Positions 1 through 10,550 of a stretch of 64,000 nt of DNA are shown piece after piece. This DNA comes from Auanema rhodensis. Lineage: Eukaryota > Animalia > Nematoda. Under the pieces are notes generated by a model that made no database searches, was not told the DNA's origin, and saw only the letters and a list, made by a program, of their open reading frames with translations. Made by a program: the position numbers and the translations under genes. Every line of letters begins with the position of its first letter. The first letter of the stretch is position 1. The DNA is taken from the NCBI GenBank assembly GCA_964057225.1, contig OZ059894.1, positions 12,028,001-12,092,000 on the forward strand, written 5' to 3'.

Positions 1-676
1 CATATGTATGATAGAACTTCATATTTATTGTAATAGAAAATTTTATTTTCAGACGTCTTGGTTAACAATGATATGTTTTACCCCCTTATAATTTTTATCA
101 TAATGTTCCTTATACGGAACGCTCAATGAAACTTGCTTCCAGAAAAATTTCTTTCTATTTTTTCTTCATATGTACGTAGATACTATAGAGAACTATGATA
201 GAAAACTTTAACATTCACGAAATCATCATTTCTCATTACGCTACGGAGGTTTAAAAAGCTGTGTTTTACCTTATAATAGACCGGAAAACCCTTGTGTTAA
301 AACTGGACCGTTTTTACACATATAAAAATGTCCCGTATTCGGGACCCTAATGTAACTTTTGATTCCCTATATTTTTTTTCATGAAATTTACAATCTACTG
401 TAGAAAGAAGAATTATTTTTATAAAAACTGTAAATTTTTGAAAAATGAAAACAAAACGAAAACAAAAACAACTTTTTTTTGAACATTTTCTCACACAAGG
501 GTCCCCCCTTACCTACTTTTTTTCTCATTACTCGTTTCAACCTCATCCGATCACTCTGCAAACATGTTTAATCGTTCTAACTTGTTGAAATACGTCTTAA
601 AAGTCTAAACAACATGCATATGCATAATAGAAACCACCCGAATAGGCCCCCACGCACTAAACGAGATATATACATT

Positions 677-771
677 ACCAGTATAGTAATAGAACACATA
701 TTGAAGATTAATTCGATAAGAACAATTTATTGACGTAGAGAATGTTTGTTCCGAAAAACTACAATATTAAA
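677..771 (-). pseudogene. Degenerate junction relic (short-element 3' end / U2 nt 40-79 / short-element 5' end), present in every unit
   Basis: 687-726 matches U2 nt 40-79 at 35/40. 727-771 matches 18949-18993 at 38/45. 677-686 is identical to 19723-19732. Confidence 0.85.
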
Positions 772-1039
772 CTATAAAAGTAACAAAAGCGTAGAGGCAG
801 CAAAGACATGAATAAACATAAATGTAAATACAGAATTACCAGGTAGTACATAAGTATGACAAAAAATTATAAGAAAGCCATGAAAATAGAAGGTTTGTGA
901 ACAAATGAGAGGTACATCTTTGATCGTATAGTCATTTCTAAACCGTTCGTATGCTGCAGCATCGTCATAAGCGTCACTCAAGTTGAATTTCCATGTGTAC
1001 TACACGATTTTCATTCTTATTGTTACATTCTTTCCCTGA

Positions 1040-1189
1040 GGGAATGGGCCGTTCCCGCCAGCAGTGCAAGAGCGGGTCGACCCGTGAGGTGGAGCTAGCA
1101 AGCCAGCATCTACCTCAAGTCTCAAAAATCGGTTAACCTTATTGTGAACCAATGGAACACATATCGAAGGTTAATTCGATAAGAACGAT
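1040..1189 (-). pseudogene. U2: U2 snRNA 3' part (nt 40-189), interrupted by Utopia copy 1
   Basis: Identical to intact copies from ATCGTTCTTATC through the Sm site ATTTTTG to stem-loop IV. Confidence 0.93.
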
Positions 1190-4100
1190 GGTTTATTGAA
1201 TAAATAATGTTATGATACAATAAATAACCAATAAAAAAGAGCCCAGAATCGGGGAGACGGTATTACCAGTACAACTTAAAACAGCAAGTGATTAAAAAGT
1301 ACAAAATAAAACACATTACCAACAGAGGCTAAAACGACTCAAGAGTCGGGGGAGTGGGTTAAAAAAAGTAATGAATAACAAAAAAATGAATAATAAAGCA
1401 GAACAGTGAAAAGTAAATATCAAGTGCCGCTATGATCAAACAATTTGAGTGCCTACGGCAATGGTGTTAAAAATAAACAACAAAATACATGTACCAATGA
1501 AGGTCAGAAGGAAAGAGAAAAAAAAAAAAAAAAAAAAAAAGACCAAAATAAGTAATACAAAAAGTAAACACATTACAATCGAATCACAAACAAGTCAATG
1601 GATAATTTCTTCTTCATACTGCCTTACACCAGAAACATGTTCCACGTAGATATTCCTGGCCCACTTGATGGTATCGGCGACGATGAGCTTCTCCATTAGC
1701 CGGTTGTAGTGGCTGCTGATCTTGAGTGATCGGAGGGCTTGTCCGTTGAGCGGGTCCATAGTTCCAAGCGTTCCTACGACATACGCTTCTACACTAGTCT
1801 TATAACCAAGACATTGGTATTGGCTGGCTATGTCAGCATATTTCCTCTCCTTTATCATACGCGCGGCTATCATGGCTTGTCGGCGGTTTTCATAGCTCAC
1901 TGTAACATCAACGATACTACAGTGTTTTGCGTCATGATCGACCACTACTATGTCAGGTCGGAGTGTACTATTAATGCCAGGAAGTGGCTGGTTAGTGTAA
2001 ACTTCTCCGTTTTTAGGCTCTGGCAGGGCTTTGATAAGACGGTCCACGATGTTGTTGTGGCGGAGTTGGATTGCTCTCGTGTGAAAGTGGCAGTGTCCAA
2101 GAACATGTGCAGCAGTTTCGTTGGGGTAACTACACCTGCGGCACTGTTTGTTTCCTTCTCCGTGTCTTCTACAGCCATTGAGCTGGAGAGTATTAAGTCG
2201 AGCCTTGTGGATGAATCGCCAATCAGCAAACCGTATGAAATCTCCCTTCGCCATAAAGTGATTGGACGCTTTGTTGAGCATTGTGACATCAAAGACTTTC
2301 CCTTGATCCGGTTTTTGAAGAAGGATCCGAAGGTCTTTCAGCCATAATGCACGTCGCAGGCTTCTGTGGCATAGTGAAGGTGTTAACAGTTGGTTGTTTA
2401 GATTGAGTTCTAAACCACTTTCGAGGCATGTCCAGTTAGCGTTGATGAGTTTCTTGAGTTGACGCATCGCTACTCTTACTCTAGTCCAGATGGAGGAAAC
2501 ATCAGATGTTTCGGTGTCGAAAATGCCATCAACGGAACCGTTGTAATATGCAGCTGTCTCATCGTTACTGGCTTGACGTTTAATCCTTTTTGATGCTACT
2601 TTTTTTGAGTCTTGATGCGCAATATCAGCTACTACAAGATCAGATGACTTCAAAAGTTGGTAGGCATGAGTGACTTCACAGACGTCTGACAGGTGTTGGA
2701 GTCGAGAGAGACCAAGTCCGCCGTAGTTAGTTGGCAGGTAGATTGGTTCAGCACTGGCGTTTGGAGGATAGTGCATCCATCTACGGGCACAGCGTTTGAG
2801 TTCTTTGTCAAAGGCGACCAGTTTACTCTTTGGGACGTGGCCATTCGTCATATGAAAATTAAGGCAGGGCATCAGGAAGGTGCGTACTGCGTCAGCTTTC
2901 TGCCATTCAGCAAGTAAGGATTTGTCAATTTTTTCCAAGTGTTGACTCATAATATTCACTGTTGGAACCGCAGACTTATGTAAATGCATTCCAGTAGGGA
3001 TTCCCAGGTGGGAGTAGCTGTCGAATTTGCTGAGAGCGGGTAGAGAGGAGCTCTGTAGCATGTATGAGGCTGTTGATATTTTCCCTTTGTCGATCGTCAA
3101 GGTGGCGCATTTCGCTGGTTTGAAGGTCAAGCCTGTGAAATTAGCCGCATTTGATGCTGCGTCCAACATTTTCTGTAGATCTTCTGATGATGAGGAGACC
3201 AGGGCAAGGTCATCGGCGTACGCTAGCACAGCGATGTTGTGGTTGTGTAGCTTATAGCCAGTAGAGGATTCCAAGATGGTTTTAATTAGAGGTTCAATGG
3301 CAAGGTTGAACAGGATCGGAGATAGTGGGGATCCTTGTAACACACCTGCATGAACTGGAATGGTCGATGTGAGTCCGGAGCCTGTCTGGATTCTTGTAGA
3401 GGCATCTGTGTATAGAGCTCGTACTCGGGATATTGAGGCTTCAGCCACTCCTGACCATCTTAGAACGTCTAGCAGAGTTTCGTGTGGCAGCGATCCAAAA
3501 GTGTTTGCGAGATCAAGCCAAGCAATTGCAATTTTCTCACGTTTACGTTTAGCGTCCGCAATGGTACTTTGCAACATAAAGTTGTGTTCCATGCATCCAG
3601 CTTTGGCCACAAAGCCCTTTTGGGAGGGAGAAAGTCTTTTTTCTGCTCTTGCCCATGTTAGCAGTCGATGCGTAAGACAAGCTGAGTACGTCTTACCAAT
3701 TGTGCACGAAAGTGCTATTGGTCGCCAGTTGTTAATGTCAGCTTTATCACCTTTCTTATGGATGAGGACGGTGGTCGACTCTTTCCAGGAAAAAGGGATG
3801 TGTCCTAGCTTGTGTACGGTGTTAAATATCGCTGCTAATATGTGACCTCCTTGGTCAAATTTCTTCCAGTGCGAGTATCGAAGTCCATCAGCTCCTGGAG
3901 CCGTATCGCTGCAACGTCGTATGCGTTCCCAGACTTCCAAAGGGGTGAAAACACCTTCTAATGGGTCGGTACTAGCTGGCAAATCCGGTCTGGTGACTGT
4001 GATGGGGAGGGCTGGGCCTTGACTGCTGTGAACAGAAAGGAAATGTTTTTCAACCTCTGCAGATGGTATGGTGCAGGTTTCACTTTGTTCTCCGAGCAGT

Positions 4101-4925
4101 TGTCGAAAGGCTTTCTTCTTGTTGGCCCTCCAGAGCTTCTGGAGCTTCATCGCCTGGGTTTTTTGGTCTTCCTCAGGTTGTGTGTGTGGTCGGCGCCTTT
4201 GTCGGAAGTTGGGAACTTTGATCATAATGTCAAGAGACTTTCTGATTGCGTCTACCAACTCTTCCAGGACCTGCTCGAGCTCACTTTTGCACACAACCTT
4301 TTTAATTCTATCCACCCAAGTATTTTCAGAGTTTCTATTCGGATCAGGGTCGGCAAAAGATGGTTCTGTACTCGGAACCCTGATCTCGTTGAATATTTCA
4401 CTCTCTCGCGGAAGGGGGGAAACTTCGGCCTCTGGGGACAAGTCCAGAATTGGGGCCTCAAACAAGCGTACCGTTGATGGAGATCCTTGTTCCTGTCCAC
4501 TGGATGATGTTTCCTCCATTGTACGCTCCTCCACGGGCGGGGTGGTCGTCCTTGTGCCTGGTGGGCGGGTGTTCCTGATCCTCCGCAATATAGGGCGGGA
4601 ACTGGGCTCTCTCGGAGATAGAGGTGAGATCACCACAGTTTCCTCTATGATGCGGAGGCATCCTTCAGCTTTTTTCTGATGGCTTTTAACGGCCTTCAGA
4701 TTGCTGGTGAGGCCACAGGCACGGCACTCAAATTCTACTCCGACCTCATGTTCTCTCCGAAGATGGCGGACGAGACCATTGTGGTCTGAGTAGGATCGCG
4801 GAATAGGAGCGCAGATTGAACAAGAAAAAGGCCTCTGAAGAGGCACCTTTAGCTTGTAAAGCCCTTGCTCCATCTCTAGCAGATCTAAAGACTTACGTAG
4901 TACAGTTGCAATATCGATTTAGCCA
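1190..4925 (-). mobile_element. Utopia-type (NeSL clade) U2-specific non-LTR retrotransposon, full length, copy 1
   Basis: Inserted after U2 GTGTAGTA (nt 39, equivalent to human nt 38). Single RT-RLE ORF; 405-bp 3' UTR ending TTCAATAAACC; flanked by duplicated U2 nt 40-96. Confidence 0.93.
1595..4873 (-). CDS. Non-LTR retrotransposon protein: N-terminal zinc fingers, reverse transcriptase, CCHC knuckle, restriction-like endonuclease (1092 aa)
   Basis: CSIC..HLRREH and CRAC..H zinc fingers; NWRPIAL, QKGF, GVLQGSPLSP and YADD RT motifs; CRRC..H..GHC, RHN, RPD..D..K..KY RLE motifs. Confidence 0.96.
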   Translation of the reverse strand: MEQGLYKLKVPLQRPFSCSICAPIPRSYSDHNGLVRHLRREHEVGVEFECRACGLTSNLKAVKSHQKKAEGCLRIIEETVVISPLSPREPSSRPILRRIRNTRPPGTRTTTPPVEERTMEETSSSGQEQGSPSTVRLFEAPILDLSPEAEVSPLPRESEIFNEIRVPSTEPSFADPDPNRNSENTWVDRIKKVVCKSELEQVLEELVDAIRKSLDIMIKVPNFRQRRRPHTQPEEDQKTQAMKLQKLWRANKKKAFRQLLGEQSETCTIPSAEVEKHFLSVHSSQGPALPITVTRPDLPASTDPLEGVFTPLEVWERIRRCSDTAPGADGLRYSHWKKFDQGGHILAAIFNTVHKLGHIPFSWKESTTVLIHKKGDKADINNWRPIALSCTIGKTYSACLTHRLLTWARAEKRLSPSQKGFVAKAGCMEHNFMLQSTIADAKRKREKIAIAWLDLANTFGSLPHETLLDVLRWSGVAEASISRVRALYTDASTRIQTGSGLTSTIPVHAGVLQGSPLSPILFNLAIEPLIKTILESSTGYKLHNHNIAVLAYADDLALVSSSSEDLQKMLDAASNAANFTGLTFKPAKCATLTIDKGKISTASYMLQSSSLPALSKFDSYSHLGIPTGMHLHKSAVPTVNIMSQHLEKIDKSLLAEWQKADAVRTFLMPCLNFHMTNGHVPKSKLVAFDKELKRCARRWMHYPPNASAEPIYLPTNYGGLGLSRLQHLSDVCEVTHAYQLLKSSDLVVADIAHQDSKKVASKRIKRQASNDETAAYYNGSVDGIFDTETSDVSSIWTRVRVAMRQLKKLINANWTCLESGLELNLNNQLLTPSLCHRSLRRALWLKDLRILLQKPDQGKVFDVTMLNKASNHFMAKGDFIRFADWRFIHKARLNTLQLNGCRRHGEGNKQCRRCSYPNETAAHVLGHCHFHTRAIQLRHNNIVDRLIKALPEPKNGEVYTNQPLPGINSTLRPDIVVVDHDAKHCSIVDVTVSYENRRQAMIAARMIKERKYADIASQYQCLGYKTSVEAYVVGTLGTMDPLNGQALRSLKISSHYNRLMEKLIVADTIKWARNIYVEHVSGVRQYEEEIIH

Positions 4926-5021
4926 TTAACCTTATTGTGAACCAATGGAACACATATCGAAGGTTAATTCGATAAGAACGATTACTACACTTTGATCTTA
5001 GCCAAAAGGCCGAGAAGCGAT
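4926..5021 (-). pseudogene. U2: U2 snRNA 5' part (nt 1-96) fused to Utopia copy 1
   Basis: ATCGCTTCTCGGCCTTTTGGCTAAGATC... The match stops 3 nt before the Sm site. Confidence 0.92.
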
Positions 5022-5058
5022 ACAGCATAGCCATGAGTATCAAAGACATCAAGCAAAT

Positions 5059-5082
5059 GTATCGTACTTGTTACGAGTGCAC
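5059..5082 (-). promoter_or_regulatory. Candidate snRNA proximal sequence element (about -61 to -38 of U2; same in every unit)
   Basis: Position matches the usual nematode PSE location (GTGCACTCG..GTACGATAC). Motif similarity is loose. Confidence 0.3.
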
Positions 5083-5463
5083 TCTCTCATTTGAATATAA
5101 AAGTGTGGTTTGACAATCTTGACTGTACAGGTCATAAATGGCTCATATAAACTGTGGATTTACTCAACTTTTGGACTTATTTTTTTCTTATTCGAAGCGC
5201 TGCACTTTTTTCTATTCTTTTTATTCAAATACTTGTATATAGTTTTATATGTACGGTTGCAAAGTTTCCGAATATTTTATATATTTTTATACAATAATTA
5301 GGAGAAGGTTAATACAATGAAATCTCCCAACTTTACAGTGTTTGTATTGCTTACAGTATCTAGAACAACCACTCTTGTAATATTAGAGCACATATCAATC
5401 AACAACTTTTTCTAGTTATCAAAGCTTTTTTATTTCTTCAAGATATTTCAAATAAAATATAAA

Positions 5464-5582
5464 AGCTTACGACACCCGGGATTCCCAAGCCGTCTCCGAT
5501 CCAAGTACTAACCGGGCCCAACGTTGCTTGACTTGCCAGATCGGACGGGATGGCGTACTTTCAACGTGGTATGGTCGTAAGC
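5464..5582 (-). rRNA. 5S: 5S rRNA
   Basis: GCTTACGACCATACCACGTTGAAAG...GTCGTAAGCT, 119 nt, nematode-type, followed by a TTTT Pol III terminator. Confidence 0.97.
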
Positions 5583-5823
5583 AATGTTATATTCTTCATT
5601 ATCAGTTATATCACTCTAAATCTTGTTGTTAATAGTTAGGACCACAAAGAAAACAACAGGAACAGTAACAAATGAAATGCCCAAACTTTACAGTGTTCGA
5701 GTTATTTACAGTATCTAAGACTACCTCTGTCGTGTTATTAGAGCAAACATTCGATTAACAACAACTTTTTTTTAGTTATCAAAGCTTTTTTATTTCTTCA
5801 AAAAATTTCAAATAAAATATAAA

Positions 5824-5942
5824 AGCTTACGACACCCGGGATTCCCAAGCCGTCTCCGATCCAAGTACTAACCGGGCCCAACGTTGCTTGACTTGCCAGA
5901 TCGGACGGGATGGCGTACTTTCAACGTGGTATGGTCGTAAGC
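5824..5942 (-). rRNA. 5S: 5S rRNA
   Basis: Identical copy 360 bp away. Confidence 0.97.
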
Positions 5943-6084
5943 AATGTCATATTCTTCATTATCAGTTATATCACTCTAAATCTTGTTGTTAATAGATACG
6001 ACCACAAAGAAAACAACAGGAACAGTAACAATAACAAAAAAAATTTTTTTTTCACCTATGTGTCTAAAGGTTAGCCATGTATCC

Positions 6085-6086
<2 letters not shown>

Positions 6087-6132
<46 letters not shown>
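6087..6132. repeat. (TA)n microsatellite (one per unit, variable length)
   Basis: Pure TA run after GTATCCGTT. Confidence 0.95.
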
Positions 6133-6134
<2 letters not shown>

Positions 6135-7311
6135 ACAGTAAAAAGTCCAATCAAGAGAGAAATTTTTTCAACACATAGTTGTTTTTTTTTTAAATATCAT
6201 TGTTTTTCCTCATAACTCGGTTTAAACTCGTTCTAACCCGTTGAAATACGTCTAGAAAGTCTTTATAACATGCATATGTATGATAGAACTTCATATTTAT
6301 TGTAATAGAAAATTTTATTTTCAGACGTCTTGGTTAACAATGATATGTTTTACCCCCTTATAATTTTTATCATAATGTTCCTTATACGGAACGCTCAATG
6401 AAACTTGCTTCCAGAAAAATTTCTTTCTATTTTTTCTTCATATGTACGTAGATACTATAGAGAACTATGATAGAAAACTTTAACATTCACGAAATCATCA
6501 TTTCTCATTACGCTACGGAGGTTTAAAAAGCTGTGTTTTACCTTATAATAGACCGGAAAACCCTTGTGTTAAAACTGGACCGTTTTTACACATATAAAAA
6601 TGTCCCGTATTCGGGACCCTAATGTAACTTTTGATTCCCTATATTTTTTTTCATGAAATTTACAATCTACTGTAGAAAGAAGAATTATTTTTATAAAAAC
6701 TGTAAATTTTTGAAAAATGAAAACAAAACGAAAACAAAAACAACTTTTTTTTGAACATTTTCTCACACAAGGGTCCCCCCTTACCTACTTTTTTTCTCAT
6801 TACTCGTTTCAACCTCATCCGATCACTCTGCAAACATGTTTAATCGTTCTAACTTGTTGAAATACGTCTTAAAAGTCTAAACAACATGCATATGCATAAT
6901 AGAAACCACCCGAATAGGCCCCCACGCACTAAACGAGATATATACATTACCAGTATAGTAATAGAACACATATTGAAGATTAATTCGATAAGAACAATTT
7001 ATTGACGTAGAGAATGTTTGTTCCGAAAAACTACAATATTAAACTATAAAAGTAACAAAAGCGTAGAGGCAGCAAAGACATGAATAAACATAAATGTAAA
7101 TACAGAATTACCAGGTAGTACATAAGTATGACAAAAAATTATAAGAAAGCCATGAAAATAGAAGGTTTGTGAACAAATGAGAGGTACATCTTTGATCGTA
7201 TAGTCATTTCTAAACCGTTCGTATGCTGCAGCATCGTCATAAGCGTCACTCAAGTTGAATTTCCATGTGTACTACACGATTTTCATTCTTATTGTTACAT
7301 TCTTTCCCTGA

Positions 7312-7500
7312 GGGAATAGGCCGTTCCCGCCAGCAGTGCAAGAGCGGGTCGACCCGTGAGGTGGAGCTAGCAAGCCAGCATCTACCTCAAGTCTCAAAAA
7401 TCGGTTAACCTTATTGTGAACCAATGGAACACATATCGAAGGTTAATTCGATAAGAACGATTACTACACTTTGATCTTAGCCAAAAGGCCGAGAAGCGAT
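7312..7500 (-). ncRNA. U2: U2 snRNA
   Basis: Full ~189 nt: canonical 5' end, GTAGTA branch-point recognition, Sm site, TTGCAC loop IV. One 3'-end variant at 7318. Confidence 0.95.
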
Positions 7501-7942
7501 ACAGCATAGCCATGAGTATCAAAGACATCAAGCAAATGTATCGTACTTGTTACGAGTGCACTCTCTCATTTGAATATAAAAGTGTGGTTTGACAATCTTG
7601 ACTGTACAGGTCATAAATGGCTCATATAAACTGTGGATTTACTCAACTTTTGGACTTATTTTTTTCTTATTCGAAGCGCTGCACTTTTTTCTATTCTTTT
7701 TATTCAAATACTTGTATATAGTTTTATATGTACGGTTGCAAAGTTTCCGAATATTTTATATATTTTTATACAATAATTAGGAGAAGGTTAATACAATGAA
7801 ATCTCCCAACTTTACAGTGTTTGTATTGCTTACAGTATCTAGAACAACCACTCTTGTAATATTAGAGCACATATCAATCAACAACTTTTTCTAGTTATCA
7901 AAGCTTTTTTATTTCTTCAAGATATTTCAAATAAAATATAAA

Positions 7943-8061
7943 AGCTTACGACACCCGGGATTCCCAAGCCGTCTCCGATCCAAGTACTAACCGGGCCCAA
8001 CGTTGCTTGACTTGCCAGATCGGACGGGATGGCGTACTTTCAACGTGGTATGGTCGTAAGC
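7943..8061 (-). rRNA. 5S: 5S rRNA
   Basis: Array copy. Confidence 0.96.
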
Positions 8062-8302
8062 AATGTTATATTCTTCATTATCAGTTATATCACTCTAAAT
8101 CTTGTTGTTAATAGTTAGGACCACAAAGAAAACAACAGGAACAGTAACAAATGAAATGCCCAAACTTTACAGTGTTCGAGTTATTTACAGTATCTAAGAC
8201 TACCTCTGTCGTGTTATTAGAGCAAACATTCGATTAACAACAACTTTTTTTTAGTTATCAAAGCTTTTTTATTTCTTCAAAAAATTTCAAATAAAATATA
8301 AA

Positions 8303-8421
8303 AGCTTACGACACCCGGGATTCCCAAGCCGTCTCCGATCCAAGTACTAACCGGGCCCAACGTTGCTTGACTTGCCAGATCGGACGGGATGGCGTACTTT
8401 CAACGTGGTATGGTCGTAAGC
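8303..8421 (-). rRNA. 5S: 5S rRNA
   Basis: Array copy. Confidence 0.96.
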
Positions 8422-8563
8422 AATGTCATATTCTTCATTATCAGTTATATCACTCTAAATCTTGTTGTTAATAGATACGACCACAAAGAAAACAACAGGA
8501 ACAGTAACAATAACAAAAAAAATTTTTTTTTCACCTATGTGTCTAAAGGTTAGCCATGTATCC

Positions 8564-8623
<60 letters not shown>

Positions 8624-9800
8624 ACAGTAAAAAGTCCAATCAAGAGAGAAATTTTTTCAACACATAGTTGTTTTTTTTTTAAATATCATTGTTTTTCCTC
8701 ATAACTCGGTTTAAACTCGTTCTAACCCGTTGAAATACGTCTAGAAAGTCTTTATAACATGCATATGTATGATAGAACTTCATATTTATTGTAATAGAAA
8801 ATTTTATTTTCAGACGTCTTGGTTAACAATGATATGTTTTACCCCCTTATAATTTTTATCATAATGTTCCTTATACGGAACGCTCAATGAAACTTGCTTC
8901 CAGAAAAATTTCTTTCTATTTTTTCTTCATATGTACGTAGATACTATAGAGAACTATGATAGAAAACTTTAACATTCACGAAATCATCATTTCTCATTAC
9001 GCTACGGAGGTTTAAAAAGCTGTGTTTTACCTTATAATAGACCGGAAAACCCTTGTGTTAAAACTGGACCGTTTTTACACATATAAAAATGTCCCGTATT
9101 CGGGACCCTAATGTAACTTTTGATTCCCTATATTTTTTTTCATGAAATTTACAATCTACTGTAGAAAGAAGAATTATTTTTATAAAAACTGTAAATTTTT
9201 GAAAAATGAAAACAAAACGAAAACAAAAACAACTTTTTTTTGAACATTTTCTCACACAAGGGTCCCCCCTTACCTACTTTTTTTCTCATTACTCGTTTCA
9301 ACCTCATCCGATCACTCTGCAAACATGTTTAATCGTTCTAACTTGTTGAAATACGTCTTAAAAGTCTAAACAACATGCATATGCATAATAGAAACCACCC
9401 GAATAGGCCCCCACGCACTAAACGAGATATATACATTACCAGTATAGTAATAGAACACATATTGAAGATTAATTCGATAAGAACAATTTATTGACGTAGA
9501 GAATGTTTGTTCCGAAAAACTACAATATTAAACTATAAAAGTAACAAAAGCGTAGAGGCAGCAAAGACATGAATAAACATAAATGTAAATACAGAATTAC
9601 CAGGTAGTACATAAGTATGACAAAAAATTATAAGAAAGCCATGAAAATAGAAGGTTTGTGAACAAATGAGAGGTACATCTTTGATCGTATAGTCATTTCT
9701 AAACCGTTCGTATGCTGCAGCATCGTCATAAGCGTCACTCAAGTTGAATTTCCATGTGTACTACACGATTTTCATTCTTATTGTTACATTCTTTCCCTGA

Positions 9801-9989
9801 GGGAATGGGCCGTTCCCGCCAGCAGTGCAAGAGCGGGTCGACCCGTGAGGTGGAGCTAGCAAGCCAGCATCTACCTCAAGTCTCAAAAATCGGTTAACCT
9901 TATTGTGAACCAATGGAACACATATCGAAGGTTAATTCGATAAGAACGATTACTACACTTTGATCTTAGCCAAAAGGCCGAGAAGCGAT
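9801..9989 (-). ncRNA. U2: U2 snRNA
   Basis: Intact array copy. Confidence 0.95.
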
Positions 9990-10431
9990 ACAGCATAGCC
10001 ATGAGTATCAAAGACATCAAGCAAATGTATCGTACTTGTTACGAGTGCACTCTCTCATTTGAATATAAAAGTGTGGTTTGACAATCTTGACTGTACAGGT
10101 CATAAATGGCTCATATAAACTGTGGATTTACTCAACTTTTGGACTTATTTTTTTCTTATTCGAAGCGCTGCACTTTTTTCTATTCTTTTTATTCAAATAC
10201 TTGTATATAGTTTTATATGTACGGTTGCAAAGTTTCCGAATATTTTATATATTTTTATACAATAATTAGGAGAAGGTTAATACAATGAAATCTCCCAACT
10301 TTACAGTGTTTGTATTGCTTACAGTATCTAGAACAACCACTCTTGTAATATTAGAGCACATATCAATCAACAACTTTTTCTAGTTATCAAAGCTTTTTTA
10401 TTTCTTCAAGATATTTCAAATAAAATATAAA

Positions 10432-10550
10432 AGCTTACGACACCCGGGATTCCCAAGCCGTCTCCGATCCAAGTACTAACCGGGCCCAACGTTGCTTGAC
10501 TTGCCAGATCGGACGGGATGGCGTACTTTCAACGTGGTATGGTCGTAAGC
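10432..10550 (-). rRNA. 5S: 5S rRNA
   Basis: Array copy. Confidence 0.96.

Noticed and set aside
297-981. Short ORFs repeated in every unit (MRKCSK.., MSDAYD.., MTILTV.., MLLIDT..)
   Set aside because: Non-ATG starts and AT-rich low-complexity translations. One is broken by a stop in the unit at ~18690 and another runs through (TA)n. They recur only because the array repeats.
1739-4679. Overlapping and antisense ORFs within Utopia (also within Tc3 and BEL pol)
   Set aside because: Shadow frames of long genuine ORFs with no recognisable motifs.
5464-5942. Regularly spaced repeats resembling a CRISPR array
   Set aside because: The repeats are 5S rRNA genes, the spacers are not unique, there are no cas genes and the context is eukaryotic.
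6219-6245. GGTTTAAACTCG.. as a possible spliced-leader exon
   Set aside because: Only the first 7 nt match SL1. There is no AG|GT donor at +22 and no SL RNA structure is evident.
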